From Histomonas meleagridis 2922-C6/04-290x (lineage: Eukaryota; Protista; Parabasalia), in NCBI GenBank assembly GCA_020184695.1, contig JAANOX010000045.1, forward strand, positions 72,684 to 136,683: a stretch of 64,000 bases of DNA. Direction: 5' to 3'. Under the pieces are notes generated by a model that saw only the letters and a program-made list of their open reading frames with translations, was not told the DNA's origin and ran no database searches. A program made the translations under genes and the position numbers. This document shows positions 1 to 10,471 of the stretch, one piece after another. Every line of letters begins with the position of its first letter. Position 1 is the first letter of the stretch.

Positions 1-1690
1 CAAATAATACAACGAAAACATAATTTGCGACGTATGCAACAAATTATTAATACAATTTTTTGCTATTTTATATATAAATTGTATTAATAAATCGGGATCG
101 AATTGTTTAAATATTAAATTTTCTCGTTTCAAAATAGTTATATATAAAGTTATTATCGAATTACTTAAATCGTTTTCATGTCTTCCTAATGGAAATTGTA
201 ATGTCCCAAGTTCATATCCATAATCCTTAAACTTCACCGATATATAATTTATCCATTTAAGATATGATTCATCTTTGTTATCTTCGACTTCATTTTGTTC
301 TTTTGTTGTTAAATATGGACAAAATTCGCAATTCGTTTGGCCAATCGTTTCGACACTAAATAACTTCGGCTTTTGCTCAGATAAATCATAAACAATCGAG
401 TCGAGCGCCTGATTAAGTTTTGAGTCATCCGAAAACTGAATTTGTAACTTACGTAATTGTAATATTATTTGACTTAACCCAATTCCAACTGTTGATGATT
501 GTGTTGTTTGAATACTTTTAATACGTTTTTCGCGTTCGTTTTTGTTCTTCTTCATTAATATGATGAAGATTAATGATAACAATAATAAAATTAATGTAAA
601 TATAATAAACGTTAATGAGATCCATCGATAAAATTGTGTTAATGAATCATCAACACTTATCGCTGAAATGACCTCAAAAACTGTGACATTATGTAAAGAA
701 ATCCTTTGGAAATAGAGTAAATATGGCTCCCCATCAATGTCCGCCTCTTTGATGTCCCCAAATTCCATATCCGAAATTTCATATGATATCTGATTCCATA
801 AACTCGAATTGAGTTCTTGAAGCGTTGGATACTTAGGAATACCATTGGAATCAATCGATAGTGGTGGTACTGTACCATTTTCGTCTTCCATTATAACTCC
901 GCCATTTGGTACTCGGAATACAAATTTGCATTCAAAAGATTTAGTAAGTTCTTGGATATACGTGTCAAGATTAATACTGGTGCCTGTGAGTGATTTATTG
1001 AATATGGATTCGGATTCAATAGTAAGAATGGTCGTGTTATCGATGATATGGATTTCATATGATTTATATATATTTGTAAATTGTGGACACTCTGTAATGT
1101 GGCCTTCATATGTTGTGTTTAGAATACTACTTTGATTGAATTGATAACAAATATTGGAGGTAATAAAATGAATGAGATAATTTTCGCTATTAAAAAAAAT
1201 TATATCACAATAATTGTCATTTTTTTCTTTGATGTAGAACCGATATGGACTTGACGAAATTTTTTTTCTGATTAATTTGGAATATTTGATAAAAGGATAA
1301 AGACCATCTCGATTACATTGTACGAGATCAGGCGAAATAATACCTGAAAGAAATTTGGATGATATTTCGATCTTAGAAAGTCTACCTTTTGCAAGTGAAG
1401 AAATTGCATCAGCATGATGTTTTAAATGTTGTTTTAATATCATTTTAATAGTTTGCATTGTAAATCCTCTTATTCTTGCCCATGGATAAATTAAAGCAAC
1501 CAAAAGTAAAAATGCTGAAAGTAAAAATGAAACATTTCGAACAATTTGAATTTTTTCTTTGATATGAAAGGTACTTGATGGCCTTTTAGATGGCTCATTA
1601 ATGGATGCATTGCGAAATCGAGTATTTAACTCAGAACTCGCAAAACCACCAGTTTTCAAAACACGAGATAGGATAGTCACTTTTTTCCAT
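1..1690 (-). CDS. Two-TM membrane protein with a cytosolic cyclic-nucleotide phosphodiesterase-like domain; runs off the left edge and is absent from the ORF track
   Basis: Hand translation gives a stop-free minus-strand frame from 1698 to 1. It has TM1 (NVSFLLSAFLLLVALIYPW), a luminal domain and TM2 (WISLTFIIFTLILLLLSLIFIILM). The window edge reads FKQFDPDLLIQFIYKIAKNCINNLLHTSQIMFSLYYL, resembling the start of a class I PDE catalytic domain (YHNxxHA region). TCACT at 1706-1702 precedes an ATG at 1690 that is out of frame by one A in an A6 run; the first in-frame ATG is at 1458. Confidence 0.7.
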
Positions 1691-1998
1691 AAAATAAATT
1701 AAGTGATTTACTAAAATCTGACAAAACAATCAAAAAACGTTTAAATTTATCGTGTAGTTAAAAAACACCGTAAAATTTAATCACAGAATTCTTCCCAAAA
1801 AAGCCGCTAGAGATTTCGCGATTAACTTCAATAGAGAAGAGGAGGTTGGATTGAATTTTGAATGCAATGAACACCGAAATTGTGTCGATTACACAAGTTT
1901 TTCAATAGTATTTAAAAGCTGATAAAATCGACATATATATTATTTATTCTATAAATTTTTAAATTTTCTATCATACACAATGAGTTTTCCGGCCGCAA

Positions 1999-2580
1999 TT
2001 AGTTTTCATTCTCCCAAAATATCGGAAGAGGTTCTGTTGATGGTTCTTGATTTGATTTATATTGAGTATTTAACCGTATTTTCATTGTGTTTGGTGATTC
2101 ATTGAGTGGACGCATTGAACACATCCTTGTGAAGACTTTTGGCTTGTTTTCCATTTTCAATAAGTGAAGATCACGAAGTCTTGAAACTTCTCCAGCTGTT
2201 TTTGGATTCATCATCCATTCCATATTTTCGCGGAATGCCTCTGAATCTTTTGTTAAGCTTAACCATTGTGTTTTGTAGTAGAGATTTGTATTCTGTTCTT
2301 GAGGTAATGCGATAATAGAATCACCACTTTTGATTCCATAGAAATCGAAAGTCATTTTTTCCAATAGTTCTGTACCGTTGTAGATGAACTTTTTTGGATT
2401 TTCAGGCCATAATGTTTGTAATGCTGATATTTGACCAGAAAGCTTTGCTGATATCATTCTTACTGGCTGATAAGGTGTGCATACCAATAAATCGACTCTG
2501 CGTGAATCTTTATCAAAGACGGACATCAATATTTTTGAGTTGACCAGACCAAAAACGCTGATTTGAATTGAATACCGCAT
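1999..2580 (-). CDS. Ubiquitin-like domain protein
   Basis: 193-aa ORF; KFIYNGTELLEKMTFDFYGIKSGDSIIAL matches the ubiquitin-fold pattern LIYxGxxL...L..YxIxxGxxI. Confidence 0.65.
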   Translation of the reverse strand: MRYSIQISVFGLVNSKILMSVFDKDSRRVDLLVCTPYQPVRMISAKLSGQISALQTLWPENPKKFIYNGTELLEKMTFDFYGIKSGDSIIALPQEQNTNLYYKTQWLSLTKDSEAFRENMEWMMNPKTAGEVSRLRDLHLLKMENKPKVFTRMCSMRPLNESPNTMKIRLNTQYKSNQEPSTEPLPIFWENEN

Positions 2581-3057
2581 CGCTAAATACTGTGCACAAA
2601 ATTTTCAATACATTTCATTGAATTAACAAAAGTGATGTGACAAAATAACTTGTAGTTTTCCTGAAACAAATTCTCGATCAAATTTTTTATTGTTTTTTAT
2701 TCCTCAATTCAAAGATAAGAACATAAAGGACGCATTTAAGTAGCTTAATGGCTTATTATGTATTTTTACGAAAACTTCATTATTTATGAACGTATCGTCA
2801 AAAAAAATGAAAAATTATAACTTGTAAGTAACTAAAAAAAAATCATGTCTTAATGGATGCGTTTGTAATAATGTTTACAAAGTTTAATTTTGTTAATCTT
2901 TTTAAGGTAATCATATAACGAAAATGAAAAAATTAAAATTCTCGAATTGAAAGTTGCTGAGTACTAAAACAAGAACATTTGCATGGACATAACACTGATT
3001 AAAATTTGTTTTTCTGATTATCTAACGATTCCGTACGTTTATATTTTTATTTTTGCA

Positions 3058-3624
3058 ATGACAGAATCCTTCCAACAAATATATTCTAATTACATAGATG
3101 CAATGAATGCGAAGCAAAAAAGCATGGATGCATTCGCTAAGTTTAATTTTAGATGGCTTCGAAAAATTCAAATTGAACTTCAATTAGATTCCATTTCAAT
3201 TCCTCAAGATCAAAAAAACGATGATGTTGAAGAAGCTCAAATAAGCAAAGAGAATGTAGATGAGTCAAATATTCAAATTCAAAAGAAGAAAGGAACTCCA
3301 AAAAAGAAAAAATTAAAACAAACGAAAAAGATAACACCTAGTGGATCAAAATCAAATTTATCAAAGAGTGCCGCTTCACAGAAATTGGAAAATACAAATA
3401 ATAAAGAAATTGAATCAGAATTAAATGATGAAAAACAATTTCTTGATACAGGATCACTGCTAACAAATATATTACCGGATGGATTAGATATGAAAGGAAG
3501 GCCAACAATTGAATTAAACTCGGAATATATTACCCAATTTACAAATTCTAAAGAATTCAACAAAAGGTGGAAAGAAAATTTGAAGCCACAAGTGTTAGAT
3601 AATAAAGGAACCAACTCCGCATAA
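3058..3624 (+). CDS. Hypothetical Lys-rich protein
   Basis: Open frame 2983..3624; likely start MTESFQQ at 3058. Contains a basic stretch (KKKGTPKKKKLK); the stop overlaps TAAA. Confidence 0.6.
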   Translation: MTESFQQIYSNYIDAMNAKQKSMDAFAKFNFRWLRKIQIELQLDSISIPQDQKNDDVEEAQISKENVDESNIQIQKKKGTPKKKKLKQTKKITPSGSKSNLSKSAASQKLENTNNKEIESELNDEKQFLDTGSLLTNILPDGLDMKGRPTIELNSEYITQFTNSKEFNKRWKENLKPQVLDNKGTNSA

Positions 3625-3883
3625 ATTACATTTCAATTTTCATCTATTTTAAAAAGTCAAAGTTATAATTTTGGTATTTGAGCTTATGTGTATTTGTCCT
3701 CGTGTAAAGACATTATATGAATTATAGGACATGTGTCATTAAGAGCTGATAAATTTTCTTCGTTGCCGTTTATTTTTATTTTATGTTAACGTTCGCTAAA
3801 CAAATTTTCTGATATCACAATTTTATGAAGTTTATAATGTAAATTACACATTTTTATTGAATGGTTTATTTATTCTCCACAAA

Positions 3884-4291
3884 ATGAATGAGCAACAAAT
3901 CACAGCAACATTAATCAAAGTTCTTTCATCCGAAGTCAAAGACACAAAAGACGCAATTTATCAGACTTATTCTTCCATGAAGAAAAGAAGAGAAAAATCA
4001 CAAGAATATTACCAACCTATTAAAGCATTATCAAATGCAATACAACAAACAAGAATCGGATTTTGTCAACAATCTGAAAACTGTGTGAAACAGATAGAAG
4101 GAGAAATTGAGCAACTTAAACAAATTCAAAAAGATAATGCCATTTCAAAGGAAGAACTACAAAAAACAACAGAAATGTTAAACAGCACTCCACCCCAAGG
4201 TGATGATAGTCCACTTTCGCTTGCCATCAGATCACTCTCAGCCATGGCACCATTTGTTTTATTTGCTCTAATCAGCTTCTATTCTTCCTAA
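3884..4291 (+). CDS. Small coiled-coil protein with C-terminal hydrophobic anchor (tail-anchored, possibly SNARE-like)
   Basis: ATG at 3884 (MNEQQ); heptad-like helical body; ends LSAMAPFVLFALISFYSS. Confidence 0.55.
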   Translation: MNEQQITATLIKVLSSEVKDTKDAIYQTYSSMKKRREKSQEYYQPIKALSNAIQQTRIGFCQQSENCVKQIEGEIEQLKQIQKDNAISKEELQKTTEMLNSTPPQGDDSPLSLAIRSLSAMAPFVLFALISFYSS

Positions 4292-5142
4292 TTCGCTAAT
4301 TTTTCATCTTGTAATAAATCATTAAATTGTTTAATTATCTCGTAGCTAATATGCTTGTCTTTTATAAAATTTGCAAATTCAAAACGCTTTTTTTAATGTT
4401 TCTATTTTCATAATTCACAGAATTCATTAATTGATTGTATTTCATATGTTTAGTGTTATTATTTAATGATGAATTATCACCATTAGATGGATTTGATACA
4501 ATTAATTATATCCGTTCAATAGTATATTACAATTTGCTTTAAAAGAATGGAAAGATGTTGATTTCTTAACATTTGGTAATTATTCATTCTGTAATAAGTC
4601 ATTAAAGTAACAGTTTTTTTATTTATCTCATCAAATACATTGTATGTATTACAATGGGTTCCAAAGTTTTTGATTCCTCCGTAATATGGCATGTTTGTTT
4701 TAGAGTAAGATATGATCCAACAAGCTAAACCTTTAGATTGTATTTATCTTTACACTATATATTGGAAAAAATGCTCACATTATGTATTATATTAAAGAAT
4801 CAAATTCGTGTCTTGATAAAACGATCATTTGAATATTTTATATAATTAATTAATGACTTATTATCGCGAAACAACAAATTCTTTTACTTAAAATTTATTT
4901 AAAATGCTTTTTAAATCAAATCAGCATATATACATCACTGTGAAATAGATTACGCATGAATCTAAATATAAAAATTAACATACGTACAGACTGATATCAA
5001 ATTTCATCCGAATGATACTTTATTCGAAAATTGCCAATTGTAAACTTCACTTTGTGTCACATTTTAAGTATAAACAGAAAGAGAACGTTATCAATGTTCA
5101 TTTTATTTATCCAATCATCAATTTAATTTATTCTTAAATAAT

Positions 5143-7308
5143 TTAATAATTTTTCATATTTTCCTTAAATATCTCTGAGCATGGTCCCAGGAGCCTATGG
5201 AACGATGCTCTATCCAACTTCACCAGCTTACAGTTCTCCAATGCCACAATTGTTGCAGCTCTCGGTGTGTTTTGCATCAAAGCCAATTCTCCGAAGTAGC
5301 TTCCGCTCTTCAAGTGGCATACCTCGTGGTTCACACCTTTGTCGTCTCTCTTCAGCACTGCGCACTCACCCTCCAATATTATGTAGAACTCGTCGCCGTT
5401 GTCTCCCTGTTTCATTATGACTTCGTTCGGCTTCGGGTTCACTGGCTGTAGCGCGTCCGCAACTAACAATATCTCATAGTCCTGTAGCACCTTCAAGAAC
5501 GGAACATTCCTTAGCAGAGACTTGTAGCGCTGCCTCTTCTTGTTGTGCTGCTCCTTTAGCAAGTACAGATATGTCGTTTGGTCAATCGCCCAGCACTGGC
5601 ACGGACCGTCTGCAATGATTGTCGCCGCGCGCGTGCTGCCGCTGATGAGTGCCAGCTCGCCGAAGTATTGCCCAGGATTCAGGACAGCAACTTGCACTTC
5701 GCGGTCGCCTGTCTTCTTTAGAACGCGCACTTTGCCGCTGCGCAATATGTAGAAGTTATCCGGCAAGTCGCCCTGCCGAATGATGACGTGCTTGTCCTCG
5801 AAGTCTAATGGGAACATTGCGTTGACTAAAGTCTCCAATTGGTCGTCTTGTAGAAATGAGAAAAGATCAACTTTGCGAACGGACTCTTGGAGCGATTTAA
5901 GAGTCTCAGGATCTTTGGGAACGACTTTGATGTCGACAACATCGTTCGACGTCATCCGCGATGACATTGCCTTGCGCCGGTATGCGCTGCCGTTGCGCGC
6001 TAAGATGGCTGGGTTGATGGCAGACTGCCGACGCCCGGTGGTGCGCGCGGTAGGGACAGAGTTCATGATGCTCGGAAATGCGGCGGAGCGACCGGAGAAG
6101 GTGGGCCACTCTTCGATGGAGGAATTGTCGTCGGACGATGGAGGATGGAACTGGTGAGATGCACTGTACTTGGGCATAGTCTCGGCAGCAGAAGGCGGAG
6201 GATTGTACTTAGGCATAGTTTCGGCTGCTGATGGTGGAGGATTATATTTGGGCATTGTCTCTGCGGCTGACGGTGGAGGATTGTACTTGGGCATGGTCTC
6301 GGCAGCAGAAGGTGGAGGATTGTACTTAGGCATAGTTTCTGCGGCTGATGGTGGAGGATTATATTTGGGCATGGTCTCTGCGACTGATGGGAATGGTTGG
6401 TATTTTGGCATGGCCTCTGTTGCTGGAGGTGGAGGATTGTACTTGGGCATGGTCTCGGCAGCAGAAGGTGGAGGATTGTACTTAGGCATAGTTTCTGCGG
6501 CTGATGGTGGAGGATTGTATTTGGGCATTGTCTCTTTGGCAGAAGGGAATGGTTGATATTTAGGCATGGTCTCTGTTGCTGGAGGTGGAGGATTGTATTT
6601 AGGCATAGTTTCTGCGGCTGATGGTGGAGGATTGTATTTAGGCATAGCCTCTGTTGCTGGATGTGGGGCATTGTATTTGGGCATGGTTTCTGAAGCAGGT
6701 GGAGGAGCACCATATTTGGGCATTGTCTCTTTGGCAGAAGGGAATGGTTGATGTTTTGACATGGCCTCTGCGGCTGATGGAGGTGGATTGTATTTGGGAA
6801 TTGTTTCTGTTGCTGGTGGAGGAGCACCATATTTTGGCATTGATTCTTTAGCAGATGGAAACGGTTGATGTTTTGGCATTGGCTCCGTTGCTGGTGGTGG
6901 GTTATGTTTTGGCATTGGTTCAATCGAAGGTGGAGGTGATAAATGTTTTGGTTTTGTATCTTTTGTTGAATGCTTTGGTGCTATTTCTTTCGGTTTGGGT
7001 TTGTGCACTTGTTCTTTTGTTGAAGATTTTGGAATGGTTTCAGAAGTTGTTGAAGATGTTGATGGTCTTTTTTGTTCTTTAGATTTTTGAGGTTCGTGTT
7101 CTGATATAGGCTTTGATTTCGATATTGGTTCAGCTTTAGTGTCTGTATGAGATTTCTGTGTTGTTTGTTGGTTTTTTGATAGAAGTGATACAATGAATGA
7201 TTCTGGATTTTCTGGTTGTTCCTCGAGAAGCGATACTACGATCTTTTTTAATAGTTCTTTGATTTTCTTGCTTTCAATATACTGCTCTGGACTTTGCCGG
7301 CCATTCAT
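5143..7308 (-). CDS. cAMP-dependent protein kinase regulatory subunit with a long Pro-rich repeat linker
   Basis: N-terminal D/D-like segment (IKELLKKIVVSLLEEQPENPESFIVSLL), inhibitor-like sites RRQS and RRKA, and two cNMP-binding domains with phosphate-binding cassettes FGELALISGSTRAAT and FGELALMQNTPRAAT. Confidence 0.92.
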   Translation of the reverse strand: MNGRQSPEQYIESKKIKELLKKIVVSLLEEQPENPESFIVSLLSKNQQTTQKSHTDTKAEPISKSKPISEHEPQKSKEQKRPSTSSTTSETIPKSSTKEQVHKPKPKEIAPKHSTKDTKPKHLSPPPSIEPMPKHNPPPATEPMPKHQPFPSAKESMPKYGAPPPATETIPKYNPPPSAAEAMSKHQPFPSAKETMPKYGAPPPASETMPKYNAPHPATEAMPKYNPPPSAAETMPKYNPPPPATETMPKYQPFPSAKETMPKYNPPPSAAETMPKYNPPPSAAETMPKYNPPPPATEAMPKYQPFPSVAETMPKYNPPPSAAETMPKYNPPPSAAETMPKYNPPPSAAETMPKYNPPPSAAETMPKYNPPPSAAETMPKYSASHQFHPPSSDDNSSIEEWPTFSGRSAAFPSIMNSVPTARTTGRRQSAINPAILARNGSAYRRKAMSSRMTSNDVVDIKVVPKDPETLKSLQESVRKVDLFSFLQDDQLETLVNAMFPLDFEDKHVIIRQGDLPDNFYILRSGKVRVLKKTGDREVQVAVLNPGQYFGELALISGSTRAATIIADGPCQCWAIDQTTYLYLLKEQHNKKRQRYKSLLRNVPFLKVLQDYEILLVADALQPVNPKPNEVIMKQGDNGDEFYIILEGECAVLKRDDKGVNHEVCHLKSGSYFGELALMQNTPRAATIVALENCKLVKLDRASFHRLLGPCSEIFKENMKNY
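6160..6925 (-). repeat. Coding minisatellite, about 20 units of ~39 bp (13 aa, consensus MPKYNPPPSAAET)
   Basis: About 20 PKY/PKH-anchored units counted in the translation, with variants MPKYQPFPSAKET and MPKYNPPPPATE. Confidence 0.95.
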
Positions 7309-8134
7309 AGAATATGGAATTTGTTAAAAAAGTGTAACCGATGCAAAAAGTCGAACAGCAAATATTTATTCAATTTTTCAGAAAACTGTTTTCGATCCTC
7401 ATCCATTCAAAATATTGTCACTTTTATAAAATAACGTACTTATAATAATCAGCAAGAAAAATTCCCAATTTCTTCCAAAAATTTATTTGCCAATTAATTA
7501 TTAAAAAAAAAATTAATGAATAAATATGATTTATGTATACATAAAAATTTTTTAGTTTTAAAATAATATGATTTTTTTTTCTTTGTTAGTTTTGTCACAA
7601 AAAGTCAAAACAACCACAATCCAAATTTAAATTTTAGTCGAGTTCTCAAATTTTATGGTTGGATTTATTTCCTTCTTCATTTATTAGCATTAAAATCTAA
7701 TGCTGCCTTTAACAAGTTAAATGTTGATGTAATTTTTGTTGTATTATCTGATTTGCGTATATGCAATTCATTTTCTGTTTCTTGATTTTTTCATAAAGAA
7801 AAACAAACAACTTAATATCATTCTGATAAGTTATTAACTATTCATGCTTAACATCACTGTTAGAGTTGACTTTTGATACATAGATACTCGGATTCACCGC
7901 CACTGTCATTCATCTGATTTGGGGTCATCTTCATATTTTAACTTAACTTAATAGAATCGACCTTTAATGAAATAAAAAGGATCAAATTCATCAGATTTTC
8001 CATGAGTTGAGACGTCTTTTCAAGTATCATATGTCGCTTCTCTTCTTCATGTTAATACGGCCGTATTTGAAGCTCAATATAACATTTAAAAAATATTTCA
8101 TTTATTTCAATTCGATGTTTCATACCACACATTC

Positions 8135-10471
8135 CTAAAGCAGACTTTTGTTCATTCCATTTCCTTCTTCGTTCACAATTCTTCTGTGTGCTTCGTCAGA
8201 CTTTATCACCAATTCGAGGAACACCTTTTCCAAACTTGACGACGAGCACGTGAAGTATTTTATACCGATATTTCTTTCCACTGCGTTTTTCATTAGTTTG
8301 AACAACTTATCTATTTTGATATCATTTGTCGGTATTGAGTATACTCTATTTCTATTTCTAGAAATAGACAATTTCGCAGATGGCAAATTCTCACTAAAGA
8401 ATCTTTCGACGTTTTCATTAATTGTCGAATTTTCTTGATCCAATAAAACGTCGACTTTCCATTCAGTACCGAACTTATTAGACAAATATTGCGGCGTTTC
8501 AATTACATATATACAGCCATGGAACATGATCGAAATTGTATCGCATAAAGATTCGGCTTCTTCAAGTAAATGTGTACATATCATTATCGTCTTTTGTCCA
8601 CGATAACGATTTAGTAAGTCATGAACATGATGACGTGCAATTGGATCTAATGAAGAAGTTGGCTCATCCAATAACACAACATTAGAATGTGACATTAAAG
8701 CTATAGCTACTGCGACTTTTCGTGCATTACCACCACTTAATTGTTGCATAGTTTTGTTTCGATGATCTGTAAGTTCAAGTTGTTGTATTAACATATCAGT
8801 TTCGATCTTAGCTTCACGTGGCGTTAATCCAAATATTTGCGCATAAAAGTTCATTTCTTCAGTAACAGTTGTTAAGTTTGTTAAATGATCATTAAATTGT
8901 GGGCAAATAGAAATACGCGAATGATTCGGACTATTAATATCAATTCCATCGACTTCAATGAATCCATTACTTACTGATATTTCATTTGTTATCATTTTCA
9001 TTAACGTCGTTTTACCTGCGCCATTTGTACCTAAGAAGCCAAATATCGAACCATTCCGTATACCAAATGATACATTATTTACTGCTGGTATTACGTTACC
9101 ATTTGAATTATAAAACAATTTACTGACATTACAAACTCGAACTGCATATTCACCTGGTTGTGCATTCAATGCTTGATTTGCTGCATTTATTGCTTCTTCT
9201 GTTGTTACTTGTGATTGTTGTACACGTGAAAAGAAATCTTTATGTTTCATATAATCACTTCTAGTTTTAAGTTGTGGGATTTTAACACGTAAATATTCAA
9301 TTAAGAATAAGACAAATCCATATATTACTATGTTAGCTAATGAAAATGATAATAATATCTTCGAATCTTCATATGAAGTCCATAATTGTTTAAACGTTTG
9401 TGTATTATATTGTAATTCTAATGTAAGTGAATATGTCTTATAAAAATTGGTGATTGGTATTAATGCAAATACATATGATAATATTTTACGTCCATTTTTG
9501 TCAGTGACAAATACTTCAAGCATCAATGATAAGAATAAGAGTAAAATCATAACAAGTGAACCAATGGTACTTGCAACTTCAGGCTTTGTGAACATAAATG
9601 AAAGACAATATAATAATAATAAAATAGATATACCTGAAACATAAATCGAAAATAACGTAAGGCCAATATTCTCACGGATGGTCTCAGCACCAATTAAATA
9701 ATAAATAAGCCAAAGAACTGTACTAATGATGGCCCATATAATATAATCAAATATGAATGATGAGATCCAATATGACGAGATTTTAACCCCACAAATCACA
9801 AGATATGGGCGTTTGGCTGACTTACAATCATCTGTGGTTATGGTGGATACTACTGAAAATAGACCAAAGTAACCAATGATTAAGTAAAATGGAATCATGG
9901 CACCAATAATTTGTATGACCATGGACTTGAGTTCAACAAAAGAGACATTAAGTGCTTCCATGCCTAAGGAAAGCCCAATAGTGCGGTAATATTGAATAAA
10001 TGCTTCATCAGATGAAGTTGTGGAATCATTGTATAAAAGCGTAACTGGATAATATGTGCTGCTAATGCCTTCTTCAAATGCAAGTCCAAGAATAATATTG
10101 GAATTAAAAACGCCCTTGGAAACATTATATGTGTACGAATTAAACTCTGAAATGGTATCAAAGGAAATACGTTTAGGCCATTTGTTAAGGTCTTTATGGA
10201 TTAAGTTAGAAAGAGATGTTGATAAATTTTGAACAACAGAATTATTAACGAGATTTGGTGGACAAACTATGGCATATGAAGGTTCATCTGTTCTTGTGAA
10301 TAAGGCAAAAGTATGCGCACTGTCCATTGAATCAACAGCTTTTAGTACAAAATAAAAAATCATAACAAGAATAATTGCAATAACAGCTGGTAATACGATT
10401 TTAAGAATAGATAGCCTAGAACGCCTTAAAATTAGGAACCGTCTCTTGAAAAGTAGCCAGATATGACCCAT
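8135..10471 (-). CDS. ABC transporter, ABCA-type half transporter
   Basis: Multi-TM N-terminal half, Walker A GTNGAGKT, signature LSGGNARK, Walker B VVLLDEPTSSLDP, C-terminal SSLEKVFL typical of ABCA. Confidence 0.92.
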   Translation of the reverse strand: MGHIWLLFKRRFLILRRSRLSILKIVLPAVIAIILVMIFYFVLKAVDSMDSAHTFALFTRTDEPSYAIVCPPNLVNNSVVQNLSTSLSNLIHKDLNKWPKRISFDTISEFNSYTYNVSKGVFNSNIILGLAFEEGISSTYYPVTLLYNDSTTSSDEAFIQYYRTIGLSLGMEALNVSFVELKSMVIQIIGAMIPFYLIIGYFGLFSVVSTITTDDCKSAKRPYLVICGVKISSYWISSFIFDYIIWAIISTVLWLIYYLIGAETIRENIGLTLFSIYVSGISILLLLYCLSFMFTKPEVASTIGSLVMILLLFLSLMLEVFVTDKNGRKILSYVFALIPITNFYKTYSLTLELQYNTQTFKQLWTSYEDSKILLSFSLANIVIYGFVLFLIEYLRVKIPQLKTRSDYMKHKDFFSRVQQSQVTTEEAINAANQALNAQPGEYAVRVCNVSKLFYNSNGNVIPAVNNVSFGIRNGSIFGFLGTNGAGKTTLMKMITNEISVSNGFIEVDGIDINSPNHSRISICPQFNDHLTNLTTVTEEMNFYAQIFGLTPREAKIETDMLIQQLELTDHRNKTMQQLSGGNARKVAVAIALMSHSNVVLLDEPTSSLDPIARHHVHDLLNRYRGQKTIMICTHLLEEAESLCDTISIMFHGCIYVIETPQYLSNKFGTEWKVDVLLDQENSTINENVERFFSENLPSAKLSISRNRNRVYSIPTNDIKIDKLFKLMKNAVERNIGIKYFTCSSSSLEKVFLELVIKSDEAHRRIVNEEGNGMNKSLL

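Noticed and set aside
3033-3038. GTACGT as an intron 5' splice site
   Set aside because: No ACTAAC-type branch/3' motif follows.
6160-6925. CRISPR-like array
   Set aside because: The units are contiguous, in-frame coding repeats with no unique spacers, there are no cas genes, and the context is eukaryotic.
5181-7193. Many overlapping alternative-frame and antisense ORFs inside the PKA-R gene (e.g. 6063..6923, 6170..6556)
   Set aside because: High GC and a 39-bp period keep other frames open; no independent motifs.
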